64,000 nucleotides of DNA. Source: the human T2T-CHM13v2.0 reference genome, Homo sapiens. The stretch is from NCBI RefSeq assembly GCF_009914755.1, contig NC_060946.1; one strand, written 5' to 3'. Every line of letters begins with the position of its first letter. Positions within the stretch are counted from its first letter, which is position 1. The position numbers and the translations under genes are program-made. Below, in pieces: positions 12,761 to 26,422 of the stretch. The notes beneath the pieces were generated by a model that was given only the letters and a program-made list of their open reading frames with translations, had not been told where the DNA came from and made no database searches.

Positions 12761-14317
12761 GGGGCACTCTGCGGCGCCACGCGCTGTCCCTGCCCTCGGC
12801 TCAGAGATGCAAGGGTCAAACTAACAAGCAAGCCAGGTCCTTGTCCTCAGGTAACTCCACAGTCTAGCAGAGGAAATGGATGCCAATCAGATCACCGGGC
12901 AAACGTCAAATCATGACCGAGGCAGGGGCGCTGGGAAGGACATGAGGATTGGCCAAGTCTGGGAGGGAGAGGTGCTGGGAAGGATACGGGGATTGGCCAA
13001 GTCAGGGAGGGAGAAGCAGGCACGCCTGAGGTAGCAGTGCCTGGGTGGAGCCAGGAGGAGTTGCAGACAAAGGAGAAAGGGAAGATTATTCAGCAGAACC
13101 ACAGCAGGTGCAAAGGCCCTGTGGTGGGAGGGACCATGACCAGCACAGGGAAGGCTGCCTGAGGGCAGATCACATGGAGTGGGGTGGGTTGGAGGCCAGA
13201 GATGGGGCTACAGTTACACCCTGCAGGGTCTCAGGGCCGTGACAGGGTGTTTTCCTTCATCCTAAGTGTGGTGGGAAGACACTGAGAGGTCTCTCAACCC
13301 CAGCACACTTTTTATTGATGTGCTGGGAGTCCCTTCTCCTGGTGGACAGCATTAGGGTCTGTTCTTGTCCCTTCCCCAAACTGCACCTCTGCTCTTGACC
13401 ACCAAGGCTGAGAACACACAGAGAGCACAGAGGGCCGACACCCAGCAGGAGCCCCCAGTCACAGCCTTGTCTCATCCTCCCCACACCCCTTGGACCGCTG
13501 TGGACCCAGCATCTCCGAGCACTGCTCTCCTCCTGCACCTGGGGCTCGGACTGAAGGTTCTTCTGAGCATGGCCTGAAGGAAATTGAGGACCACCAGAGC
13601 AGAGGGGACCCCACAGGGAGATGTGCACAGGCCCCTGCATGCCCAGCCAGTGCCAAGGCACCCAGGGCCCTACCTCATTCACCTGAACAATGCCTGCTCT
13701 GCCCCCAGCTCGGCTGCCGTCCCCCACCTGGCTCAGGTGGTCTCCTCCACACTGCCTCTCCCAACATCTCTGGCTCTGCAGTGCATCTTTGGGCTCTGAA
13801 AACAGAACTGAAGGGTTAATGACATGGAGTCCCCAGAGCCAGGAGTCCAGAGTAACTGCACCCAATGAGCTGCCGCCCACCTCCCAGAAGCTCCCCCTGG
13901 GCCCTTGGCACGAGCAGAGGGTTGGGAGCAGCAGCGAGAGCAGTGAGGATCCGGAACTGCACGCTGGCTGCTGAAGCTGTGACTGGCCCAGAGCACTCAG
14001 GGAGGGACCCTGTGGCTGCTGCAGGGCACCCATGCAGGGATCCAGGCCAAGACCATGCAGAGGAGTGCGGCCGTGGGCCTGCCCCAGCGGAGGCTTGCTC
14101 CAGAGTCCACACTTGAGGATGGTGGTCTACGGGCCACCTCAGCGCCTTCACTCCCACCCTGGGGCCGGCAGCCCACATGGTGCAATGCACTGTGCCAGCC
14201 TAAGTGCCCTTGGAAAGGCCTCTGCTGGGTCAAAACCAGCCTCACACTCAGGCTGTGTCTGTGCATATGAGTGTGTGCTTAAGGCGTGGACACCGTATGT
14301 GCATTATGTTTGGGGTG

Positions 14318-14667
14318 TGATATGGTTTGGCTCTGTGGCCCCACCCAAATCTCATCTCAAATTGTAATACCTATGTATCGGGGGACGGGCTTGATGGGAG
14401 GTGATTGAATCCTGGGGGCAGACTTCCCCCTTGCTGGGAGTTCTCACAAGATCTGATGGTTTAAAAGTGTTTGGCAGTTATCCCTCACACTCTCTCTCTT
14501 GCTGCCATGAAAGACGTGCCTTGCTTCCCCTCTGCCTTCCACTGTGGTTGTAAGTTTCCCGAGGCTTCCCCAGCCATGTGGAACTGTGAGTCAATTAACC
14601 CTCTTTCCTTTATAAACCACCCAGTCTCAGGTGTTTCTTTAGAGCAGTGTGAAAATGGACTAATGCA
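14318..14667 (+). mobile_element. THE1 (THE1D-like) solo LTR
   Basis: TGATATGGTTTGGCTCTGT start, 'gaaaatggactaatgca' end; 5-bp TSD GGGTG. Confidence 0.93.
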
Positions 14668-15004
14668 GGGTGCATGTGAGTGTGTGTATTGGCTTGGTTT
14701 GGATTAGGGAGGAAATGTAAGGAAATCTATTCAGAAAATGTTTCTAAACATTCTTGTCACCTGGTGCCCCTGGTCATCACAGTCCTCTTAAAAGTCACTG
14801 TAGGTAAAAAGTTCCTCCCCATGAATAGTTGTTTAATGTTATCAAATAAGAAGGGAGACACTGGGAGCTTGCTGGGCTGGGGCCAGCATAGAGCAGCTTC
14901 CTGGCAAGCCTGTGAGTGCTGAGAGCACCACACACACGTGCCCACCACACCGCAGCCCAGCTCCCAGCGCCAGCCACCTGCACTCGAAGCCACCTGCTGC
15001 AGTA

Positions 15005-15420
15005 AGACTTACAGTGATTATCCTAGCACTCTGGAGGCCAGAAGTCTAAGGAGTTTCCCTGGGCCAAAATCAAGGTGTGGGCAGAGCTGCTTCCTTCTGA
15101 AGGCTTCGGGGAGAATTGGTTCCGATGAGGTTTTCTTGCTTCCGGAGGCTGCGGCCTTCCTTGCCTGGGGGCCCCTTCCATTTTCAAAACCAGCACCCAG
15201 CAGGTTTAGTCTCTCTCACCCCTCCCTCCTGTGAAAACGCTTGTGATTATGTTGGACCCACCCAGATAATCCAGGAGAACCTCACACTCAAGGCCAGCTG
15301 ATGAGTAACCTGATTCCACCTGTGACCTCAACTCCCTGTAAGCCGTGTAACCAAACATGCTCACAGGTTCTAGGGATCAGGACAGGGCTGTCTTGGGGGT
15401 TGTTACTCTACTGACCGCAC
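15005..15420 (-). mobile_element. MLT1 (MLT1C/D-like) LTR
   Basis: 'tctggaggccagaagtc..gggccaaaatcaaggtgt..ggacccacccagataatccagg..tcacaggttctagggatcagga'. Confidence 0.8.
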
Positions 15421-17036
15421 CAACATTCACCCCTCCCTATCAGGACATTTCTCTTTTGCAGCCAGTAGTCTTAAAAAATGGCTGAAGAGCAGAGCTTTGA
15501 ATCTCGATGATCTTCTAGGTCTCTCAGCACCTGCTACGTACACTGAGCTCAGCGATCCCCTCAAAATCTTCCATCTAATCCAACAGGCCCATGCTGCACA
15601 CACACACAGGCGGGGTCCCAGCAGGTACAGGAGAAGAAGACAGCCCACCTGCCTCTGGGGGGCCGTGAGTCAGAGCCCTGGGTGTGAACCATGCTCAGCT
15701 CCCTACCATGGGCAAAGGCCGCCACCCTATGCCCCGCTTGTTTGTCTTCAGAGTGGTGGTGACAACCATGTGTGCCAGGCCGAGCTGTCAAAAGCATCAG
15801 GTGAGAACACACCCACAGGCTGCCGGGCCAGACAGCGGTTTTGGAAATGTTTCTATTTCCCTATAGTTTATGAATCCGGTTGGGAAGGGCCTTTGGGTGG
15901 TCGAGTTCTGGTCCAGGGCGGTGGAAGAAGAGGTGAGCACCAGCCTTTGCAGCCTCCCCAGTTCATCCTCCTCACGCCCGATGAGGTTCAGAGAGGTTGG
16001 GTTGCTGCCTCCAACCACCCAGGCCACAGGTGGAGACTTGGATTGGAAAGAGCACTGCTTCCCTCCAGCATGCAGACACTGCTGGGTAAGGAGATGAGAG
16101 CTTGCAGGAGCTCCAGGGTCCCGGGGCTGAAGGGTCTTTTTTCTTGTTCCTGGGATGCACTCTAGTTACAGAAGTGATGTTGTCAGCCTTTGCCCCACGC
16201 TCCCTCATCACCTACTGGCTGGATTCCCGGGGACTTTGTCTGTGAAATAGAATCACACCGCACTTATTTGGATGAGCTGAAAGGTACAGCCAGACTGTGA
16301 TGTGATTAATGCCTTAATCTACAGACTCCAGACTGGGAGCAGGAAGCCTTCAACCCAGAGAGGGCTCTGCCTGAGGATGCTGGGAGCCTTCTGCAAGACT
16401 GAAATCCTGGGATCAGAGCTTCAGGCCAGGCTCCGTCTCATAGGAGATATTTTGGACACCTAAATCCCAGCTACATCCCAATGTCCCCAAAATAACCACC
16501 AGCTAGCACTTCTGAAAGTGCTGGCTGTTCTGTTTCCAATCAAACTGCCGCCATCTGACAGCTGTCCTGGAGGAGGAGGCTGTGGGAGCGTTCCGGGTCT
16601 CGTGGATCCAGGTCCACTTGCCACAAATCCCTGGATGCCTTTGAGCCCCATTTTCCACATCAGATGTGTAATGACCCCAATGGTACAATGGGGTTTCTGA
16701 CAATTGAATTAAATAAAATAGTCAAGACCTTTTTGAACAGCTTTGCCATTTAAACGTTCCAATGAATGATGCACTGTGATGGGGGAAGGGAAGGTGGGGC
16801 TGCCAGGAGCACCCACCCACCTCTGAAGGCCAGGCTTGCCCTGGTCCATCTGGGCACCAGCTGCCCCCTGACCTGGGATGTTCCTTTTCTCCCCTACCCA
16901 CCCGCCCCCCCTCCACTGGGCAGCTTTCAAGATAAGCCTCAGCCCTCAACTGCAAATTCACCTCCTCGGGGAATCTGCCTTGACTCCCTGGCCAACAGAT
17001 GCTGCGTCCCTTCTCTGTGTTAATATCTGCAATTCA

Positions 17037-17160
17037 GGGCCAGGCTCATGCCTGTGATCCCAGGACTTTGGAAGGCTTAGGCAGGAGGATTGCTTGAGCC
17101 CAGGAGTTTGAGATCACCTGGGTAACACAGAGACCTCATCTCTAAAAAAAAGAAAAAATA
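17037..17160 (+). mobile_element. FLAM-type free left Alu monomer
   Basis: Single monomer 'ggaggattgcttgagcccaggagtttgag', A-tail; TSD atctgcaattca at 17025-17036 and 17161-17172. Confidence 0.9.
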
Positions 17161-17305
17161 ATCTGCAATTCATCCATCATATCTTACTCCATAATTTCTT
17201 ATTCTGTTCATTCTCTGTGTTCTCTCCTCTGCTAGGTATGTCCCACCCCTCACCTGTCTTCACCTCCCTCTCTCCTCCCATCCTCGTCCCCCTTCTCCCC
17301 TTCTA

Positions 17306-17392
17306 ATCTCTCTGTTTCTCTTTCTCTCTCTGGCCATCTCTCTCTGTTTCTCTATTTCTCTCTCTCTACACACACACACACACACACACACA
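17306..17392. repeat. Compound (CT)n/(CA)n microsatellite
   Basis: Directly visible. Confidence 0.9.
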
Positions 17393-18729
17393 GCACTGGG
17401 CTTTGCATGGACAGCTTAAGAGGCTGACACAGCTCCAGTTACCCCTTCCCCAGGACTCACCCAGCTTCCCTTACCCCCAGCCCTGTGGGCACTTCCCATG
17501 TGGTAGCATGGAATATCAGAACAATGAGTACTCAAGGGTTGAGACTAAATAAAATTAACTGTTGCAACTGCTCCCATCAGGGGCGCTCCTGAGTGAAACT
17601 GAGTTTTGTCTTCCTGTGAATGTCTTCAGGTGCAGAACACACAATGACCACTAGTGGGGGTGTAGAGTCACCACCAGCATCTGTTCTGGGGCACCCACAG
17701 TATTATCCACCATTGCTATTGTACATCAGGGCAAATACGGCACAGTGAAGAAGGAAAATAATACCTTAAATAATACCTGAGTATTAGTATAGTAGCATAC
17801 CTAAGTATACTATATAGTAGTATACAGTAGTAGTAGCATACCTAAGGTATTATTTGAGTATTTTTGAGCACATGGACACGTAAGCAACGTCCTGGGGACC
17901 GCTGGGGTCAGCCGACCAGACTCAGAAAGTTGCTGCCCTAAAGAGAGGGTTGGTTTCTCTACTTTCACACGGGCCCTCTCCAGTTCATTTCCCCCTGGAA
18001 ATATGCCACAGGCTTCGTATCCGGGGAGAATAAAGTGCCACAGCACTGTGTCCAGGCAGCTCTCATGCCTTCCCACCCCAGCATCCTGTCACCACTGTAC
18101 TCGTCTCTCTCCAACACCAGACACTGGTGTTCCTTCAGCCCCTTCGGCATGCTGCGTTTGCTCTGGGGGAAGACCCTTGCCCTGCTATTCTCTAACCAAG
18201 CATGCTTTGCCCTCAGACTTTTCCCCATTTGGCTCCTCCTTCCACATAGAAGCCTTTCCTGCCCTTGCATGTTCCTCCCACCCAGTCTCATTACCTGATT
18301 TTGTTGTCTTTGCAGCTCTTGTCGCCATGAGAACTTTAGTATTGGTTTGTGAGCATGTTGACTTTCCGTCTGTCCACTAAAATATAAGGTCCGTGAGGGC
18401 AGGGATTCCTTCTCTCCAGATAATTCCTGAATCCCCAGTGCTGCAAACTTTGGGAGACCCTATTTGGTCCTCAGCAGACTTCTATGTTGTCATCATTAGC
18501 CAAGACGTAGGCTGGAGGTGGGGAGCCGAGTGGAGGGGAAGGGACAATGTGCCACCATCCCCTCATCCCTCCCTTCTTCCTGCTGACACCTGAGTGGGAG
18601 TGGTCGGGCCAGTCCAAGCAGATCTTACAGCCTAGGGGATGTGGAGCCCAGGGCATGAGAAGCAGGATGCTGGAAGTTCTGGCCAGTGGCAATAGTTTAA
18701 ATAGTTCAAAGTGAAGGTGCAAGTTAAGT

Positions 18730-20217
18730 CAGGATTTCCTCTTCTGGTAAGGACAGACTAGGCAATTATGACCAGTTCTCCAACTGAACACAATTAAAAT
18801 ATCTAGGCAAAAATATCTTCTTAAAAATTGTTACAGAACTAATAAGATAGTGAAAAATGTACAGGCCAGAATCACAGGAAAATGGGGCCAAGCCTTCCCA
18901 TGTGTGGCTGCTTTACTCCTGGGGGCACTGTGCTGATACCATGGGGATCAATAGAGAGGCCAAAATACAGCAGTGCTTTCACAGCCATGTGGGGTCCCAG
19001 ACAACAGGGAAGGCCCCAGTGAGGCCCCCTCATTTTAGTTGAGACACCAAAGGGCTGAATGTGAGGAGTGGTGAGGGACTAGAGCAGACAAACCTTCCCA
19101 GGAAATGGAAGTGACTTCTTATCATCTCAACACCTGGGGTTGAGTTGAGATGATTTAGACCTCAAGTGCTAAAAAGCAATGGAAAGAAATGTAAGTCATC
19201 TCTGAAAGAAGATAGTATCATTGTAAGGCTTAATTTAGTCTTCCAAACAACTTTTAAAACACATCAGGCACAATAACCATGCATACATGGAGTCAAAACG
19301 ATATGAATGAAACCAGCAGAAACAACAGACAATAGAAGTAATCACAGGGACTCTAGCTATTGGAGTCATCAACACATACTTCTAAATAACTATGTTTATA
19401 ATGTTCAAGGAGATAAAGGAAAAATTAGAAATTTCAGTACATAAATGAAAATTCCTTTTTTAAGTGGAAACTGTAATACTGAAAAATCAAATTAGCAAAA
19501 TAAAATTAAGTGGATGGATTTAAAAGCAGATTAGACATAGCTGAAGAGAAAATCAATGAAATAGAAAGTCAAAATAAAATGTCTGGAATAAAAAAAATAG
19601 AGCTACAACATGATGGAAAACATAGAAGAATGGGTATGAAATAGAACATAAGGAACAGGTTTAAGATCCTTGTAATTGCAGTCCCAAAAGGAGCTGGGAG
19701 ACTAGGTAGGTCAGAAAGAAAATTTGAAAAGTTAATGGCTGAGAAATTTTTAAAGCTGATGAAAGACTTCAAGTACAGAAGCAAGGAATCTTATAACCCC
19801 TATCAAAATGCAAACAAATAAATAAATAAAAGAAAATCCTCACCAAGCTATGTCAGAGCAAAACTGCTGATAACCATAAGCAAAGAGGATTTTTTTTTAA
19901 TTAGAGAAAAAGACACATTACCTTCAAAGAGCAACTATTAAAATAATAGCTACTTCTCAACAGCAACAATAAAAACTAAAACACAATGAATGATATCAAG
20001 TGCTGAAAAGGAAATAAGTGCCAACCAAGAATGTTATATCCAGTGAAAATATTCTTTAAAAATTAAGGTTAAATAAAGAGAATTTTCATACAAACAAAAC
20101 AGAGAATTTATCACCAATAGATCACACTAAAGGAAATACTAAAGATTGTTCTATAGGCAGAACAAAAATGATCTCAGGTGAAAGGTAAGAGATGCAAAAT
20201 ATATAAGGAACAAAAAG

Positions 20218-20260
<43 letters not shown>

Positions 20261-21270
20261 ATAATGCCTCATTGGGCTTAAAACAGAGAATTAAAATATA
20301 CAACAGCAATGCTATACAAGAAGGAATGTGATAAATGGACCTTATGTGTTTTTAAGCCCTTAATTGTCCAGAAAGAGGGTAAAATAACAAAAAATACTAA
20401 ACTTTAATAAGCCAAGAATGCTTATTGTAATATTCGGGGCAACCACTAAAAGAATATTCAAATAGTCTAAAACTTTGAAGTTAATGGTGGTAAATAATAA
20501 AATAGATAACCCATGAAATGCAATATGGGATAGAAAGCGAAAACAAAAAAGGGAAAATTGAGACAAATAGGCAACACTTCATATATTTAAACCCAAATGG
20601 TCATTCACGACATCAAGTCATTCCATCAAATGCATAAGCACTCACCTCTCCAGTTAAATATGAAGACTGCTGCATTTAAAAAAAATAAAGAGTCAACTAT
20701 ACACTGTTGACAAAAGACATATCTATGACATTGTGACAAAGGTAAAGGGAAAAATGCACACACATATATATAAAATGTAAACACCTACCAAAGTTGGTTT
20801 TTCTTTTAGCTGTGTAACTATGTTGATATTAGATAAAATACATTTTGGGGGCATAAAAAAGAACATTTCATAATAAAGTTTTCAATGCATCGAGAAGGTT
20901 TTAAAAATATAAATTTATGTGCACTAGTAACAGATGCTCGAAACATTTAAAACAAAAATTGATAGAACTACAAGGAGAGATAAACAAACCCACAGTCAAT
21001 TGGGATACGTTAATACATGTCTTAGTAACTGAGATAACAAGCAGAAAAATAAAATCAGTCAAGATAGAGGAAATCTGAAGAACATGAATAACAAAATGGA
21101 ACTAAGAAATATATATAGAATACAGTACCTAACGAATAAACTCTATTTTCAGGAACTCACATCAAACACTTGCAAACTGCCTGACAAGTTGGAGCACCAA
21201 CAAAGCCTTCACAGCTCTCAAAGGAAAGAAAAGATGACAAGTCTTTTCCACTATGACTGTTCTAGAAAAT
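18730..21270 (+). mobile_element. Ancient L1M fragment (5'UTR, decayed ORF1, start of ORF2)
   Basis: A-rich; 'gcagattagacatagctgaagagaaaatcaatgaa', 'atatccagtgaaaatattctttaaaaattaagg', 'aaacaaaaattgatagaactacaaggaga'; no intact ORF. Confidence 0.75.
20222..20257. repeat. (TG)n microsatellite
   Basis: Directly visible. Confidence 0.95.
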
Positions 21271-23999
21271 GAGAATCAACCATCCCACCTTTGGCAGAGC
21301 CTGGGAGGAAGCTGTGGCCACCCTAGGATGGGATGGGGAGAAATCCGCCAAAGGCTGCATGTGGCCTGCAGGATCCCTGCAGAACTGCTGGGCACTCCAG
21401 ATGCAGATGGCGCCTGCGCTCAGTCATAAGCTCTTCCCTGCCTGGGTGCCAGCAAGAAGGGCAGGGCCGAGGGGAGTCACCTCGATGGTGCAGCCCAGTG
21501 ATGGACAGCTGGAGAGGACGAGCACAAAATGCAGTTGCCTCCCCAGGCCTCTGCGCACGAGAATCAAGAGTGCCCTTCCCATTCTCAAGACAAGGTAAGA
21601 AACCACTGACTGGGGAAAGGGGAGGAACGGAGGCCATCTGCCATTGGCTGAGGGGCAGGAAAATTCCTCGGCCCAGAATCCCACAAGGCAAAGATGTGAT
21701 CCCCCTTCCTGGAGGAGAGAAAGAAAACTTTCTCCTTCCTAAGACCTGTCACAGATACCAGGTAGAGTTAGCCTGCCACAGGGGAGGGGCCAGAGGGCCA
21801 GAATACGTCAAGGGCCTCACCCCAAGCTCTCTCCAGTGGTCAGCAGGGATGACCCAAGCAGAGGGACAGGGCAGTGGCAACCATACCTCTTTGGGGTCTC
21901 AGATTCAGGGCTATCTCCTTAGAGTTCTCTCTCCGAGCCCTCAAAATAGCCCTCGGTCCCCTGACTCCCTTCTGTCCCTACAATGACATGAAATCATTCT
22001 GACCATTCACCTGTTGCCCCTTTCCTGTCCACAGCCTCCGCTGGAACAAGACCCAGAGTGCAAGGACTCACCTGGAGTCCCGTCTGTTCCGAGACAGGCT
22101 CTACAACCTCCTCACGAATGAAGGCCTGGGAACTGCCACTACCTATCATGAAAGGGCCAGTTATTAACTGCCTACTGTTTGCCAGGCATTGGATTTGGCC
22201 CTTAACCCACACAAGGGCCCCATGAGATCAATATTTTTATTTGAATTTGTAGAAGAAGGAACTGGGGCTCAGGGGGGCTGGCACAGCTGCTGTGTGGAGA
22301 ACTGAGCCCTGCACCTGGCCTCGCCTCTGGCCCCGCAGACCTGCAGAAGCTCGCATGTTGCCCTGCCTCCCAGAGGAGAGGACCTGGGTGGGGCTCATCA
22401 TTCATCGCACTAAGAGTCATCGCCGTGGCTCCCCCAGGCTGGGCCTGCCACACACACCTTGGGCATGAGGGCGAGACAGCCCTGGGGAGTTCCCGGCCCA
22501 GGCCAGCCCCAGCACCCCCGCCTCCTCACTGTGGTTCTGGGCCCGTTCCCAGCCTCACAGAGTGGCTGCTTCCTGAGAGAGCACACACAGCCCCTCGTGT
22601 TTCCACACCGAGGCCCTGCCCCAGTGCCCTTAAAAGCGCCCCCTCCTTGCACCCAGTCGGAGCCAGGGTGAGCGTTCACCGCCACTGCCTCTCCATGAGC
22701 CACAACAGACAGCCTCACTGGGATCCTGGCATTAGGCCACAATTAGAAGACCCGAGTTTATAATCCAAATAAACTCCTCTTTAATGAGAATACTTTTCCT
22801 TTCATTATTTTATGGGCAGCCAGTTAGAGCCGCTTAGTAAAAATTATTTAAAATAGCAATAAGGCTACCGTTGCTGGTGGGGGGTGATGAAGGCGGTGGG
22901 CCCTGAGCATCCTGTCAACGCTTTGAACTTGACGGGAAGATCCAGGCCACCTTGAGCAGCCCCCTGGGTGCTGGGGAGGGTCTAAGGCCAAGGATGCCAG
23001 CAGAGGCGACCCAGTGAAAGGGGGGAGCCCAGGAACAACATGGCCGGAAGCGCAGAGGACAGCCGACCCGTCTTCTACCCCCACAGTCCAGCTGGGGAGA
23101 GAGGCTTGGGGAACGGAAGGGCCCCATAGGTGACCACGTCAGAGCCAAGGCCTGGGAAAAGCAGGAGGAGGAGGAAGGGGACAGCGGCCTCTCCAGCGGC
23201 CTCGTTGGTGGTGACAGTGTCCTGTGGCAGGGCACTTCCTCACCCCAACTACAGTAGCAACGTAACGGCCCCAGCGGTCATGGGTGCTCACATTCAGGTA
23301 CCCCTTCTCTGCACCAGGCGGGCTCTGAGCCCTTCATGCAACACCTCCTTTGATGCCTGCAACAACCCTTTGAGGTGCCAGGTGGTCTGAGCGCTCCATG
23401 CAGCACCTCATTTGATGCAATAACCCTTTGAGGTGGGGAGTGAGAAGATTTCCCTCTCACGAAGGAGGAAATGAGGCACAGAGAAGCATTAAAGTGGAAC
23501 GTTAAATCCACCCCAAGGGCATGTTAAGGTGGAAGAGGGTCTTGGATCTCTACGTCCTGCCCTGCCTCAGTGTCCAGAGGACCCTGGGGACCCCAGAGAG
23601 ACCACACCGTCCACAGGGACAAGCCAGGCAAAGGGACGCTTGACCAAAGCTAGGAGTTCACGCCAAGTTTCACCTGATCTTCTGTGGAGCCTGCCCTTTA
23701 CAGACTTGAGGTAGGATTGTGGGGGTTAGAGCTTCAGACACTCTTAACTCCCTCCTCCCAGCCCCATCTGCAGAAGCAGCGCCACGGCCAGAATCCAGAA
23801 AAGTGGGCTTGAAGTGGGAGCTTGGACAGCCCTGGGCAGGCAGTACCTTGAGGACCCAGGACAGGCAGGAACTCGGGCCCAAGTGGGAATGAGTTACTGC
23901 CCATGGAAGGGGAACCCAGGACCACTCTCAGCGGCCACTGCTTCCTCACTGGCCCCCCTTTCCTCAAGCCACGGAACCCTGGTTTGAAAGCAGCGCCCA

Positions 24000-24300
24000 G
24001 GCCAGGTATGGTAGCCCATGCCTATAATCCCATTTTGAGAGGCTGAGGCAGGTGGATCACTTGAGGTCAAGAGTTCAAGACCAGCCTGGCCAACATGGTG
24101 AAACCCCGTCTCTACTAAAAATACAAAAATTAGCCGGGCATGGTGGCTCATGCTTATAATCCCAGCTACTCAGGAGGCTAAGGCAGGAGAATCACTTGAA
24201 CCCAGGAGGCGGAGGTTGCAGTGAGCCAAGACCATGCCACTGTACCCCAGCCTGGGCAACAGAGCGAGCCCCTGTCTCAAAAAAAGAAAAGAAAAGAAAT
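24000..24300 (+). mobile_element. Alu (AluSx-like)
   Basis: Full dimer; TSD aaagcagcgccca / aaggcagtgccca. Confidence 0.97.
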
Positions 24301-24552
24301 AAGGCAGTGCCCACTCTCAAAGTGCAGCCAGGAAAGGGGACAGGCGAATTGGAACCCAGTGAAGTGTGCTGGCCACAATATGCTTCTCAGTGACCTTCAG
24401 TGCCAAAATCATGGAGAGGAGACAGACGCAGGTTCTGACCCACAGATTCCATGACGATTACAAGGTGGTTCTTGCCAAATGCCAGGATGATCAGGGCTTT
24501 CTGTTACGTAACAGCAGATAACCAGAAAAGTCACCAACTATGTGATGATTTC

Positions 24553-24911
24553 TGGTATGGTTTGGCTCTGTGTCCCTGTCCAAATCTCACCTTGAATTGT
24601 AATAATCCCCATGTGTTGTGGGAGGGACCTGGTGGGAGGTAATTGAATCGTGGGGGCAGGTTTTTCCAGTGCTGTTCTCATGTTAGTGAATAAGTCTCAC
24701 CAGATCTGATGGTTTTTTACAGAGGGGAGTTCCCCTGCATATGCTCTCTCTTGCCTGCCGCTATGTAAGACTTCCCTTTGCTCTTCATCTTCTGCCACGA
24801 TTGTGAGGCCTCCCCAGCCATGTGGAACTGTGAGTCCATTAAACCTGTTTCCTTTATAAATTACACAGTCTAGGGATGTCTTTATTAGTAGCATGAGAGC
24901 TAACTAATACA
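24553..24911 (+). mobile_element. THE1 (THE1C-like) solo LTR
   Basis: 'tggtatggtttggctctgtgtccc' to 'actaataca'; TSD atttc/atgtc. Confidence 0.93.
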
Positions 24912-24946
24912 ATGTCTGAATGGCAGGATTTTTTTTTTGAAAAAAA

Positions 24947-25221
24947 TTTTTTTTTTTTTTGAGATGGAGTCTTGCTCTGTCACCCAGGCAAGAATGCAGT
25001 GGCCTCTGCCTCCCGGGTTCCAGCTATTCTCCTGCCTCAGCTTCCTGGGTAGCTGGGATTACAGGCACACACCACCACGCCCGGCTAATTTTTGTATTTT
25101 TAGTAGAGACAGGGTTTCACCATGTTGGCCAGGCTGGTCTCGAACTCCTGACCTCAGGTGATCCACCTGCCTCGGCCTCCCAAAGTCCTGGGATTACAGG
25201 TATGAGCCACGGTGCCCGGCC
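24947..25221 (-). mobile_element. Alu (AluSx-like) with a small right-arm deletion
   Basis: Poly-T plus antisense Alu; 'gcagtggcctctgcctcccggg' lacks the usual intervening segment. Confidence 0.95.
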
Positions 25222-26139
25222 TGAATTTTTTAATAATTAGTAGCAAGTATTTTTATGTAACAACAGAACCATTATTTATTACAAATGCTCTTACTGCTAC
25301 GTCATGCTCTCCACCACAGAGCTGATTTCACCCAAGTTACGCCTCTCCAAATCCACATCTTCATATTGTGAGCTTGCTTAAAATCAGGTGCAGTGGCATG
25401 AGATTGGCATCACCCTGGAGGCAGTCTGTCCGGGGCCAAGGGGAGCAGCCCACAGAATCTTACCCTGGGTGGACATTGTATTGCTGATGAGGACAAATTG
25501 CCCAGTTTGGCAATCCATGCAGCCCTGCTTCTCCAGATCATTGTTTATGTTCCAACCCATTTTGTACCATACTCAGCCAGACAAAAGCATCGTGCCTCTG
25601 CCAGTTTGATGCAGGGCTTAATTCCCTGAAAAATCAGTTTGGCCGGCTGGTGTATGGCAATGCCCTTCCAAGGGAGAGCTCTCCAGGCTTCTGTTATTCA
25701 AGAAATGCTGTCACTCAGCTCTGGAATATCACCCTAATTAAAAAACCTCTCTGCTCCAAATAGCTCCCTTTACTTAAGGCTGTTTCTTTCCCTAATCACA
25801 AAAAAAAAAAAAAAAAAAGCTGTTACAAAGTCACTTTTTTTATATAAGACCCATATGTCTGAACTCTACCCTGTTAATGAGGCCTACCCAAAAACAAAAC
25901 ACAGAACACTAAATGGTATAAATCTGTGAGTTCTTAGAGTGACGATAAATATCACCAAAGTATGTTTACCAATATATGTATTAATAGGCCAGGTGCAATA
26001 AAGAGATGCATGAGGATCATCAGAAGATTTGATAAATAAGCTCAAAATAAAGGAACCAAGTGCAAATGGACTTGCTTTATGTCTCGAGGCATTTTTCTGC
26101 AGGCTTTCAAGAGCAGAAAGCAGCAAGGCTGAAATCTAG

Positions 26140-26360
26140 GATAGCATATTGCCTAAAAGCATGGGCTATGAACTCAAGCGCCATGGCCAGTTCAACTCCT
26201 CCTCCTTGTGGCTGCATGGCCTTGGGCTGGTTACATAACCATCTGTACCGAGGGACTGAATCCTAGGACTGTGTTGATGATTCAAGGAGACAACCTATGC
26301 AAAGCTCTGAGCAAACAGCCTGGCTCACAATAAGCACACAATGAATATTAGCTGATAACG
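26140..26360 (+). mobile_element. MIR
   Basis: 'ggctgcatggccttgggctggttacataacc...cctggctcacaataagcacacaatgaatattagct'. Confidence 0.65.
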
Positions 26361-26422
26361 ATCTCATCCGATTTCACATTTAGCCAGCAGGCAGCCAGTG
26401 CCCCTACCCTGGAGCAACCTAG

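Noticed and set aside
13257-14033. Longest ORF (258 aa), and similar ones at 15497-16165 and 21333-21986
   Set aside because: GC-rich sequence with overlapping ORFs in several frames, no recognisable homology, and composition typical of non-coding DNA
25800-25818. Orphan poly(A) as a processed-pseudogene tail
   Set aside because: No upstream AATAAA or coding remnant, and only a weak flanking similarity (aaggctgtt/aagctgtt)
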